A stretch of 64,000 nt of DNA from Candidatus Eiseniibacteriota bacterium (GCA_963823555.1 CAWGMA010000003.1:32001-96000), one strand, 5' to 3'. Counted from the first letter of the stretch, positions 52,241 through 61,637 are shown. Notes: a model not told the origin generated them from the letters alone. Numbers and translations are program-made.

Positions 52241-53434
52241 TCAGCCGTCGCGGAGCGCGCCGAGCTCCTCCAGGATCCGCTCGAGATCGTCCGCGTTGTA
52301 GAACTCGATTTCAATCCGGCCGCGCCCGTTGCGACGGTGGATGTGAACCTGCGTGGCGAAGCGCCGGCGCAGCCGCTCCTCGAAGGGGTACAGCTCCGCG
52401 TCCTGTTCCTTGGCGCGGGCCACGCCCCGCCGGCGCGGGGTCGACTGCACCAGGCGTTCGACGCTTCGCACCGGGAGCCCCTGCTTGACCGTGCGCTCGG
52501 CCAGGGCGATGCAGCGCTTGGAGTCCTCGACGCCAAGGAGCGCGCGGGCATGCCCCATCGAAAGGCGCTTCTCCTGGATCAGGGTCTGCACCTTCTCCGG
52601 AAGCTTGAGAAGTCTGATGAGATTGCTCACCGTCGAGCGATCGCGACCGAGAACATCGGCGAGCTCGACCTGCGAGAGCTGGAACTCCTCGAGAATGCGG
52701 ACATAGCTGCGCGCGGACTCGATGGGCGTGAGATCGACTCGTTGCTCGTTCTCAATGAGCGCGAGCTCGACGACCTCGCGGTCGGACGCATCGCGCACGA
52801 TCGCCGGGACCGACGTCAGACCCGCCCGCCGCGCTGCACGCAGGCGGCGCTCGCCGGCGATGAGCTCGTATCCGACGCCCTGGCGGCGGAGAAGCACCGG
52901 CTGCAACAGGCCCTTGGACCGGATCGAGGCGGCGAGCTCATCGGTCTCCGCGTCGTCGAAACGCTCTCGCGGCTGGAACGGGTTCGGCTTGATGCGATCG
53001 AGCGCGATGTCGATCACCACGCTGGCGCGCCCGGAGGCGAGAGCGCGCTTGGAATCCGGGGCGGGGCCGAAGGCGTACGATCCAGGCACGGGTGCCGTCT
53101 TGGCTGTGGGTGCCGGCGGCGGGGATGCCTGCGGGGCGTCGACGCCCGTGTTGGCAGCCGATCCATCGCCTGGCACCGCCGGAGTTCGCAGTGGTGCGGG
53201 TCCAGCTTCCATGGGGGGACGTTGTGCTTCGCCGGCGCGATCAGGCACCGGCCTTTCGGCCGGTTCACGCGCCGGCTCCGGCGCCGGCTGCACCGCGATG
53301 CCGGGTGCCGCGCCGGGAGTCGGGGACTTCTCGCGATGATCCTCCGCACCGGGCTGCTCACTCGGAGCTTCGAGAAGCTCGCGAGCGTTGGGGATGAGGG
53401 CTTCCAGTCCGCGTCCAAGCGCTTTCCTAACCAT
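52241..53434 (-). CDS. parB: Chromosome partitioning CTPase ParB/Spo0J with long Pro/Ala-rich N-terminal insert
   Basis: KALGRGLEALI, PNPFQPR..F, IAGERRLRAA, ALIENEQR.DL, HTH RSTVSNLIRLL, SMGHARAL. Confidence 0.96.
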   Translation of the reverse strand: MVRKALGRGLEALIPNARELLEAPSEQPGAEDHREKSPTPGAAPGIAVQPAPEPAREPAERPVPDRAGEAQRPPMEAGPAPLRTPAVPGDGSAANTGVDAPQASPPPAPTAKTAPVPGSYAFGPAPDSKRALASGRASVVIDIALDRIKPNPFQPRERFDDAETDELAASIRSKGLLQPVLLRRQGVGYELIAGERRLRAARRAGLTSVPAIVRDASDREVVELALIENEQRVDLTPIESARSYVRILEEFQLSQVELADVLGRDRSTVSNLIRLLKLPEKVQTLIQEKRLSMGHARALLGVEDSKRCIALAERTVKQGLPVRSVERLVQSTPRRRGVARAKEQDAELYPFEERLRRRFATQVHIHRRNGRGRIEIEFYNADDLERILEELGALRDG

Positions 53435-54218
53435 TGGCGATCACTTCCTGTGCAAGGTTGAGATAGCTCTCCGAGCCGGCACAACTGCGGTCGTAGAGCA
53501 CGGCCGGCTTACCGAAGCTGGGGGCTTCGCTAAGCCGCACATTCCGCGGGATGAGGGTCTTGTAGACCCTCTCGGCAAAGAACCGCCGGGCTTCCTCCAC
53601 GATCTGCTGCGAGAGGTTGAGACGACCGTCGTACATGGTGAGCACGACTCCCTCGATACGCAGATCGGGATTCAGATTCTGCTGCACGAGCCGGATCGCG
53701 TTGAGCAACTGGCTCAATCCCTCGAGCGCGTAGTACTCGCACTGCAACGGAATCATGACCGAGTCCGCCGCCGTCAGGCCGTTGACCGTTAGAAGCCCGA
53801 GAGAAGGTGGGCAATCGAGGAGAACGTAGTCGTACTCGCCGCGAACCGGGGCCAGCGCGCGGCGCAGGATGAACTCACGCTCCGGGACCGGCACGAGTTC
53901 AACCTCCGCTCCACCGAGACGCTGCCCGGACGCCACGGCATCAAGACCGTTGACCTCCGTGGCAATCCGTGCCTCGGCCAGGGGCTGCCCATCGATCAAG
54001 ACCTCGTAGATTCCGACGGGCTCGGTTTCGGGACTCACCCCCACGCCACTCGAGGCGTTGCCCTGGGGATCCAGATCGATGAGAAGGACCTTCTTCCCCG
54101 CCAGGGCCAGGGAAGCCCCAAGGTTGACGGCTGTGGTGGTCTTGCCAACGCCGCCCTTCTGGTTGGCGATGGCTACGACTCGACCCCGCTGAGAACCGCC
54201 AGCTGCATTGTAAACCAT
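53427..54218 (-). CDS. parA: Chromosome partitioning ATPase ParA/Soj (start uncertain)
   Basis: ANQKGGVGKTTT, DLDPQGNAS, DCPPSLG, QCEYYALEGL, IPRNVRLSEAPSFG. Confidence 0.96.
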   Translation of the reverse strand: MVYNAAGGSQRGRVVAIANQKGGVGKTTTAVNLGASLALAGKKVLLIDLDPQGNASSGVGVSPETEPVGIYEVLIDGQPLAEARIATEVNGLDAVASGQRLGGAEVELVPVPEREFILRRALAPVRGEYDYVLLDCPPSLGLLTVNGLTAADSVMIPLQCEYYALEGLSQLLNAIRLVQQNLNPDLRIEGVVLTMYDGRLNLSQQIVEEARRFFAERVYKTLIPRNVRLSEAPSFGKPAVLYDRSCAGSESYLNLAQEVIANG

Positions 54219-54450
54219 TGTCACATAACTACTTAAGTGTTTGTCGGGGCCGTCCTGATGGCCTGACGCGCGGGGCACGCTCCGATCCGTCCTTGTAGCT
54301 GATTCCTGGGGTGTGGGTCCAGGGTGTTCTGTATATCCTTTATGTAAAACATGTTAGGAGCCTAGAGCGAACACCCTCAAGCAGACCGTGCGGAGGAAGC
54401 AAGTACCAGCCTTTGGCCATAAAGACATCCTCTCGATGATCTTGGCGGGG

Positions 54451-56622
54451 TGTTCCACGTGGAACATCTTGCCCGATGGCCCCCGAAGGACCCGGGTGAC
54501 GGCCAGCGCGGAATCACCGGGATCACTCCCTGCGCCGGTTCGAGCTCGAGTGGCAAGAGCGGTGGACCAGGCGTCGGGGCGGAAGATTCTAGCCTGTGGT
54601 GTTCCACGTGGAACACCTCCGAAGAGGCGGTTGGGCAGCCTGGGACGCGGGGACCCGGTTACGAGATGTTTCCGCTGAAACATCGGGCACTCCTCCTTGA
54701 CCCCCGACTCCGATGTTCCACGTGGAACATCTTGCCCAATGGCCTCCAAAGGGCCTGGGTGACGGGCAGCGCAGAAGCACCGGTGATCGCTCCCTGCCGC
54801 CGGCTCGAGCTCTGGGTGGCAAGGGCGGTGGACCAGGTACCTGTGGTGTTCCACGTGGAACACCTCCGAGAGGCGGTTGGGAAGCCTGGGACGCGGGGCC
54901 CGGTTACGAGATGTTTCCGCTGAAACATCGGGCACTCCCCCTTGGCCCCGACTCCGATGTTCCACGTGGAACACCTCCAAGAGGGGGTGGGCAGGCTGGT
55001 ATGCGGGGTCCGGATACGAGATGTTTCCGCTGAAACATCGGGCACTCCCCCTTGGCCCCGACTCCGATGTTCCACGTGGAACATCTTGCCCAATGGCCTC
55101 CAAAGGGCCTGGGTGACGGGCAGCGCAGAAGCACCGGTGATCGCTCCCTGCCGCCGCCGGCTCGAGCTCTGGGTGGGAAGGGCGGTGGACCAGGCATCGG
55201 GCGGAAGGTTCTAGCCTGGGGTGTTCCACGTGGAACACCCCCGAGTGGGTCGGGCAGCCTGGGTGCTGGGTCCAGATCCGAGATGTTTCCGCTGGAACAT
55301 CGGGCACTCCCCCTTGACCCCCGACTCCGATGTTCCACGTGGAACATCTTGCCCATCGGCCTCCGAAGGACCCGGGTGACGGGCAGCGTGGATGCACCGG
55401 TGATCGCTCCCTGCCCCTCCGGCTCGAGCTCTGGGTGGGAAGGGCGACGACCAGGCATCGGGGCGGGAGGTTCTAGCCTGGGGTGTTCCACGTGGAACAC
55501 CTACGAAGAGAGGGTTGGGCAGCCTGGGTACGCGGGGCCCGGGTTCCGAGATGTTTCCGCTGAAACATCGGGCGCTCCCCCTTGCCCCCAAGTCCGATGT
55601 TCCACGTGGAACATCTTGCCCATCGGCCTTCGAAGGACCCGGGTGACGGGCAGCGTGGATGCACCGGTGATCGCTCCCTGCCTCCGGCTCGAGCTCTGGG
55701 CGGGGGGAGCGGTGGACCAGGCATTGCAGGCTGGGTGCGCGGGGTCCAGATCCGAGATGTTTTCGCTGGAACATCGGGCACTCCCCCTTTGACACCCGAC
55801 TCCGATGTTCCACGTGGAACATCTTGCCCAATGGCCTCCAAAGGACCTGGGTGACGGGCAGCGCAGAAGCACCGGTGATCGCTCCCTGCCGCCGCCGGCT
55901 CGAGCTCTGGGGGGGGAGCGGTGGACCAGGGATCGGGGCGGAAGGGTTCTAGCCTGGGGTGTTCCACGTGGAACACCCCCGAGTGGGTTGGGCAGCCTGG
56001 GTACGCGGGGACCCGGCTACGAGATGTTTCCGCTGAAACATCGGGCACTCCGTCTTGACACCCGACTCCGATGTTCCACGTGGAACATCTTGCCCAATGG
56101 CCTCCGAAGGACCCGGGTGACGGGCAGCGCAGAAGCACCGGTGATTGCTCCCTGCCGCCGGCTCGAGCTCGAGTGGCAAGGGCGGTGGACCAGGCATTGC
56201 AGGCTGGGTGTGCGAGGCCCAGGTCCGAGATGTCTCCGCTGGAACATCGGGCACTCTCCCTTGGCCCCGACTCCAATGTTCCACGTGGAACACCCCCGAG
56301 GGAGTTGGTCAGACGGGGCGCGCGGGTCCGGTTCCAGGATGTTTCCGCTGAAACATCATTAGGACCGTCAACCCTCCGCTTGAATCACTGATGTTCCACG
56401 TGGAACATCACCGTGTCCTTGATTGTGCGATCAGAACGCAGGTGGCGGTGCAGCACGGGAACGTGTCCTTGTGGAGACAGGGACTCGAGAGCATTGAGGT
56501 TGGCTCTCGATGATCAGCGACCAGGACCTGGCGTTGGCAGGTTGTGACTGCAGTGAGGGACGAACTCTGGACACCAGCCGCTCTTGAGAACCAGACCGAC
56601 CACCGGTGTTCCACGTGGAACG
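54451..56622. repeat. parS: Composite tandem array carrying 16 parS sites and 9 parS-variant palindromes
   Basis: TGTTCCACGTGGAACA starts at 54451, 54600, 54714, 54847, 54958, 55068, 55222, 55331, 55484, 55598, 55806, 55960, 56072, 56277 and 56392, with 15/16 at 56607; directly upstream of parAB. Confidence 0.95.
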
Positions 56623-56678
56623 TTGGGGGCATCAACTCATAAAGCTAATAATAGCAATTGTTTACAATTGAACTCGGG

Positions 56679-57626
56679 CTAGCGACGCAATCCTGGCGGT
56701 ACTTCCTCCGGCAGCACCCACGGGCTCATGTAGGTCGTCATGCCGTCGCTCAGAACCAGAACCTTGTCTAGCCGATAGGTCCGCTCCTCCTCCACATCGA
56801 GATCCCAGCCCACAAGGTAGCGCTCCCCATCCAGGCGCTCTGGCCGCACGCGCCGCTCGATGCCTGGGGCCCCGGGACGGACCGCATACACGATGTCGAC
56901 GATGGCCCCGCTCCCCACCACGCGCGACACCAGGTCGAGAAGCATGCTGGATGGTCGCTCGGCGAAGAGATGCGCCGGGCCCGCCATGCGCCCCCGCACG
57001 ACATCGTTCACCGTGTGGATACCGCGCAACTCGAGGTAGGGGACCAGCGCATGGTAGGCGAGCGCGGTGACGCGGGCATCATCGGCGGCGCGGTGGGATC
57101 GCCCTCGCTCGATACCGTAACGTTCTGCGGTTTGCCGCAAAGAATTGCCCTCGCGATTTCGGTCCAGGAAGCGCGCCATCAATAGCGTGTCCAGTGCGAG
57201 ATTGCCGAGGGGTGGATGGCCGGCGGCAGCCATACCATCCTGCAAGAAGTGCAGGTCGAAGGGGGCGTTGTGCATGACGATCGGCTTGCTGCCGATCACG
57301 CGCCGCATCTCTGGGATCACGTCGTTCAGTCTGGGGGCCCCGACCAGATCCGCATCGGCAATCCCGGTGAGCTGCCTCGTCATCTCGGAGAGCCGACGGC
57401 CCGGATCGATCAGTGTGGAGAGAGCGACTTCGGTGTGATCGCCACACGCGGCAACAAGAGCCACTTCGCACACCGCATCGCCACGCTGCGCTGCAAGCCC
57501 CGTGGTCTCGAAATCGAGCGCTACGATCGGCAACCGATAGAGTCTCGCTTCCGGCGATAGGCCTGCTAATGGATCGGCTTCAGGCGCCGGATTTCCCGCA
57601 TCACTCGTGGCGGCCCCGTCGCTCAT
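56679..57626 (-). CDS. DEDDh (DnaQ-like) 3'-5' exonuclease fused to a C-terminal WYL domain
   Basis: ExoI LDFETTG, ExoII HNAPFD, ExoIII HRAADD; C-terminal I.Y...RRVRP..L...YLVGWD...RTYRLDKV. Confidence 0.85.
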   Translation of the reverse strand: MSDGAATSDAGNPAPEADPLAGLSPEARLYRLPIVALDFETTGLAAQRGDAVCEVALVAACGDHTEVALSTLIDPGRRLSEMTRQLTGIADADLVGAPRLNDVIPEMRRVIGSKPIVMHNAPFDLHFLQDGMAAAGHPPLGNLALDTLLMARFLDRNREGNSLRQTAERYGIERGRSHRAADDARVTALAYHALVPYLELRGIHTVNDVVRGRMAGPAHLFAERPSSMLLDLVSRVVGSGAIVDIVYAVRPGAPGIERRVRPERLDGERYLVGWDLDVEEERTYRLDKVLVLSDGMTTYMSPWVLPEEVPPGLRR

Positions 57627-58048
57627 CGGTCGTCGGCTCCGATGCGCTCGTGTAGCTCGTCGAGCGCTGCTCTGACTCCGGCGAACGGTATCAGATGGCG
57701 AGCTTCCGGGTACTCCACCCAGCGGTGCTCGTCATGCTCGGACGACAGCCTCACATCCTCGTCGCGCACCTCGACCCCGAAGCATGGTTCGAGGTGAATC
57801 GCCTCGATGGGGGCGTTGTAGAAGACATTCACTTTCTCGAGGAGAATGACCGTGATCGGGGTGAGACCCGTCTCCTCGCTCACTTCGCGCCGCGCAGCAG
57901 CCTCGGCCTTCTCGCCGGGCTCGATGCGCCCGGACACCGACTGCCAGAATCCGCCGCGCGAGGGAATGCGGTGCAGGAGGAGGAACTCGACCTGCCGGCC
58001 ACGACGCCGGAAGACGAAGACGCAGACACTCTCGCTCGTCACCTGCAC
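57623..58048 (-). CDS. NUDIX hydrolase (NudB-like)
   Basis: WQSVSGRIEPGE...AARREVSEETG Nudix box; LSSEH...W. Confidence 0.9.
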   Translation of the reverse strand: MQVTSESVCVFVFRRRGRQVEFLLLHRIPSRGGFWQSVSGRIEPGEKAEAAARREVSEETGLTPITVILLEKVNVFYNAPIEAIHLEPCFGVEVRDEDVRLSSEHDEHRWVEYPEARHLIPFAGVRAALDELHERIGADDR

Positions 58049-58051
58049 TGC

Positions 58052-58741
58052 CTAGCCCCGTCGCTTGATGATCACCATGCGGCCCTCGCCCCAGCGCATC
58101 GGCACGATATCGACGAGAACGAATCTCTGGTCGCGGAACGCGGGCAGTGCATCTCGGATCTCGTCCTCCGGTGCGCTGCCCTTGAAGGCGACAAGAAGCC
58201 CATCAGGCGCCACGAGCGCCCCGCAGTCTCGCACTGCCTTGGAGAGAGGCCCGAACCCTCGCAGCGTCACCACCGAGTACGCGCCGCGGTGCTGGGGCAT
58301 GGCGCCGAGAACCTCGGCCCTCTCAGCGGCCACGCGCACTCGAGGCCCAAGCCCCAGCTCCGCCGTGATCGCCTCGAGGAATCGCGCCTTCTTGCGCACC
58401 GATTCGATGAGCAGCACTTCGAGGTCGGGGAGGAGCACGGCCAGAGGCAGGCCCGGGAACCCGGCGCCGCTTCCGACATCGGCCAGGCGCTGGTTCTCGA
58501 GCGGTATCGAGCACGCTCGCACGTTGAAGCTCTCGAGAAGATGGCGGCGACCGAGGCGCTCGACATCGGCCGCCGAAACGAGATTGATGCGCTCGTTCCA
58601 CTGGCGAATGCGCCGCAAGTAGAGAGCAAGCGCCTGGACCGCCGCGGCGGTTACTTCGAGCCCGAGCGTGCTGATCTCGCGGCCCACCACCTCCGCCTCG
58701 CGGAGCTCGAACTCCCGCGGGGGGCCCGCCGGCAGGGGCAT
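58052..58741 (-). CDS. rsmG: 16S rRNA m7G527 methyltransferase
   Basis: WNERINLVS, RHLLES, DVGSGAGFPGLPLA, LIES..KK..FL, RAE. Confidence 0.93.
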   Translation of the reverse strand: MPLPAGPPREFELREAEVVGREISTLGLEVTAAAVQALALYLRRIRQWNERINLVSAADVERLGRRHLLESFNVRACSIPLENQRLADVGSGAGFPGLPLAVLLPDLEVLLIESVRKKARFLEAITAELGLGPRVRVAAERAEVLGAMPQHRGAYSVVTLRGFGPLSKAVRDCGALVAPDGLLVAFKGSAPEDEIRDALPAFRDQRFVLVDIVPMRWGEGRMVIIKRRG

Positions 58742-58816
58742 CGGGCTGCGGAGGGGCGGCCTCGCGGTGGAGTCGAAATGCCGGTCGATCGCCGTGGCTC
58801 CCCTCGGTGACCCGCT

Positions 58817-59779
58817 CTAGCGCCGATCACCGTAGCTGCTGCCCGACCGGTCGCCGCGGCCGCCACCGCCCGAGCGGCCGCGGTCACCGCGAGCGCCGTT
58901 GCGATCCCGGCCACCGGACCCGCCGCGGCCCCCGACCCGACCGCCATGGCCTCCGCCCCGACCGCGATCCGATCCCGAACCATGATCCCTGTGCCCCTGC
59001 TCGCGGCGCGGGCGATCCTCGCCACGCCCCCGCTCCCGATCCCTGCCTCGTCCTTCCCGACCGCCACGGAACCGGCGGTCGGCCGGCCGCCGCTCCTCGG
59101 GTGGGGGAGCCTGATCGATCGGCGCGATGGCAATCTGCTTCACTAGCCCGTCGCCGATGGCAAAGGTCGTAATGTCGGGATCCTCGTTGAGCGCGAGGTG
59201 AATCACGCGGCGCTCGCCGGCTCCGAGGGGGTTGGTCAGGATCTTCTCGCCCGTTTCACGGACCTCGTCCGCGAGCCGGTAGGCCATGTCGCGAAGCTCT
59301 CGCTCCCGGCGCTCGCGATATCCGCCGAGATCGACCGAGACCAGCTGGCGGCTTGCGCTCTGCTTCGAGACGATCCGGCTCACCAGATGCTGAAGCGCAT
59401 CCAGCGGCTCTCCGTCCTCGATGAGGAGCACATCTTCCAGGTTATCGCCCTGCACCTGCACCTGGATATGATCCGGACGGCTCTCGACCTGGATCCGCGC
59501 CTCGAGACCTACGCGCTTCAGGAGCTCGGCGGTCACCTCCTTGGCCAGGGCGAAGGCATCTCCTGTCTTGCGGTGGAGCCGCACGCGGGCCACGCTGGAA
59601 CTTACCCAGGCGCTGCGCGCACCCGAATCCAGCACCTCGATCGTAACCTGGTCTCGGGCCCAGCCGGTGGCGATGAGCGCCTTCCGCACTGCCTCGTCGA
59701 CGGTCTTTCCCTCGGCTACAGCCTCGTCGACGGCTTTCCCCTCGGCTTCTGCTGACAGCGGCTTTGCGTCCTCGAACAT
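58817..59779 (-). CDS. jag: Jag/KhpB (EloR) RNA-binding protein with RG-rich tail
   Basis: GKTVDEAV Jag_N, KH-like G..LDALQHL, R3H ERRVIHLAL; position after yidC. Confidence 0.9.
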   Translation of the reverse strand: MFEDAKPLSAEAEGKAVDEAVAEGKTVDEAVRKALIATGWARDQVTIEVLDSGARSAWVSSSVARVRLHRKTGDAFALAKEVTAELLKRVGLEARIQVESRPDHIQVQVQGDNLEDVLLIEDGEPLDALQHLVSRIVSKQSASRQLVSVDLGGYRERRERELRDMAYRLADEVRETGEKILTNPLGAGERRVIHLALNEDPDITTFAIGDGLVKQIAIAPIDQAPPPEERRPADRRFRGGREGRGRDRERGRGEDRPRREQGHRDHGSGSDRGRGGGHGGRVGGRGGSGGRDRNGARGDRGRSGGGGRGDRSGSSYGDRR

Positions 59780-59807
59780 GCTCACTCCTGCGCTGCTTGA
59801 CTGCCGG

Positions 59808-61580
59808 CTAACCGCCGGCCGGGCGCGCCCGGACCTCTTTGGGTCCCGGCTCGCCGGGAGGTGAAGTCGTGGCATCCGCGCTCACAACCGGGACCGGCTG
59901 CATTCCGTCGGCGCGGTTCATGATGACCTGCTGCACCCAGGTCACGAGGTTGGTCACGGTCCAGTAGAGGACCAGTCCTGACGGCATCCCGTAGAAGAAG
60001 ACCAGAAGCATGATGGGCATGAGGGTGGTCATCGCCTTCTGCCGCGGATCGGTCGGCGTCGAACGCGCCTGCAGGAGCGAGACCCCGGTCATGATCAATG
60101 GAAGAACATGAATGGGGAACCCGGAGATGTGGGCCACGGTGTCCGGTGCCGAGAGATCGTGGATCCAGGCCACGAAGGGCGCCAACCTCAGATCGATGGC
60201 GAACATGAACGAGAAGTACAGGGCGAACAGCACCGGCATCTGAAGAACCATGGGCAGGCAGCCGCCTACCGGGTTCACCTTGTGCTTCTTGTACAGCTCC
60301 ATGAGCTGCTTGTTCATCTCCTGGGGCTTGTCGGCGTACTTCTTGCGCAGGGCCTCCATCTCGGGCTGCACCCGCTGCATCGCCTTCATCGAGCGCATGC
60401 TCGATCGGTTGAGCGGGTACAGGATCACGCGGATCAACACCGAGAGCACGATGATCACCAGCCCATAGTTGGGGATGAGGCGATAGGTGAACTTGAGGAC
60501 CGAGAGCGTCGGCAGGGTCAGCGGGCGCATCCAGCGGTAGCCCAGGCTCACGGCGTCGCTGAGCGCGGGGTCGACTGCCTTGACGCGGGCGAGGTCCTTG
60601 GGCCCGAGATAGAGCTTCACGTCGGCCCGGGCCGCGTCGGTGGCCGCTGCCGGCATACGGAGCCAGACCGAGTTGCGGTGGGACGACGCGTCGCCATCGG
60701 CGCCAGCGGCGATGGCGGTCCCGGCGGCGGGAACCAGGGCAGCCAGGAAGTACTTGTTGCTGGCCGCTGCCCAGCGCACCGCGCCCTCCACGACGCGCGG
60801 GCCGTTCTTGAACTTGCCGGGAGCCCAGCTCGAAACCTCGTCCCCGACGCGGATCAGGCTTGCGAAGTGCTGCTCGTTGGAGCTGCGGTCGCCCTCCGTG
60901 TAAGGAATGCCCGTGCGCCAGCCCACGACCATCTCCGGGGACTCGAGATCACCGCTGAGCCCGGTGATATCGATCTGGTGGTCCACCTCGTAGACGCCAT
61001 CCCGGAACCTATAGATGCGCCTGACGACGAGCCCGTCCGTACGGCGAGCGGTTAGGGTCACCAGCTGCAACTTGACCCCATCGACGACGCGTGCCTCACG
61101 CTCGGCTGCATAGAGGGCATTCGCCAGGGACAGCCTTCTCGCCTCGGGCTGGCCCCAGGCCAGCTGGACGTCGAGGGCTTCCTGGCCGGCGCGAACGAGA
61201 TCCACGACCGTGCCGGGTTCGAATCCGCTCGGGTAGTCCTTGAGCTCGACCAGGAGGAGCCCCGCCCCATGGGTATGGATGCGCACTCTGAGCAGGTTGG
61301 TCTCGACCTCGACCGAATCGACCGGCTGCGGCTCCCAGGTGGGCGCCCCGGGGGACCCTGCGACACCCCCCTCCAGCGGGGCTTCCGCAGGGACCGCATC
61401 CCCAGTGCCGGACATGACGCTGGATGGCTGCTCATCATCTGCAATGGAGGCCAACCCCGGCGCGGACGCGACGTCCTGCGCCTGCTCTGATGCCGGCTTC
61501 CGCGGCGTGGGGAAGAGGATGCTCCAGCCAATGAGCACCACCCCCGCCAGGAGGAACGCGAGGAGAGTTCTTCTATCCAT
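59808..61580 (-). CDS. yidC: Membrane protein insertase YidC
   Basis: MDRRTLLA, YLGPK, NYGLVII, NPVGGCLP..LQMPV, WIHDLSAPD, PSGLVLYW. Confidence 0.96.
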   Translation of the reverse strand: MDRRTLLAFLLAGVVLIGWSILFPTPRKPASEQAQDVASAPGLASIADDEQPSSVMSGTGDAVPAEAPLEGGVAGSPGAPTWEPQPVDSVEVETNLLRVRIHTHGAGLLLVELKDYPSGFEPGTVVDLVRAGQEALDVQLAWGQPEARRLSLANALYAAEREARVVDGVKLQLVTLTARRTDGLVVRRIYRFRDGVYEVDHQIDITGLSGDLESPEMVVGWRTGIPYTEGDRSSNEQHFASLIRVGDEVSSWAPGKFKNGPRVVEGAVRWAAASNKYFLAALVPAAGTAIAAGADGDASSHRNSVWLRMPAAATDAARADVKLYLGPKDLARVKAVDPALSDAVSLGYRWMRPLTLPTLSVLKFTYRLIPNYGLVIIVLSVLIRVILYPLNRSSMRSMKAMQRVQPEMEALRKKYADKPQEMNKQLMELYKKHKVNPVGGCLPMVLQMPVLFALYFSFMFAIDLRLAPFVAWIHDLSAPDTVAHISGFPIHVLPLIMTGVSLLQARSTPTDPRQKAMTTLMPIMLLVFFYGMPSGLVLYWTVTNLVTWVQQVIMNRADGMQPVPVVSADATTSPPGEPGPKEVRARPAGG

Positions 61581-61637
61581 GAGTCCTAGTTCGGGTGGTC
61601 CGTGAAGGAATCGCGGTGCTGCTCAAATCGCGAAGTG

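Noticed and set aside
54323..54350. dif-like site (TTATGTAAAAC resembles a XerD arm)
   Set aside because: The XerC arm lacks the conserved inner ATAA, and the location beside parAB/oriC is wrong for dif.
54451..56622. CRISPR array
   Set aside because: The repeat is only 16-24 bp and equals parS; the spacers are long and homologous to each other rather than unique; no cas genes are in the window.
54354..56635. Many ORFs with repeated MFHVEH / CSTWN / VPRGT peptides
   Set aside because: These are translations of the parS palindrome in different frames; no coherent protein.
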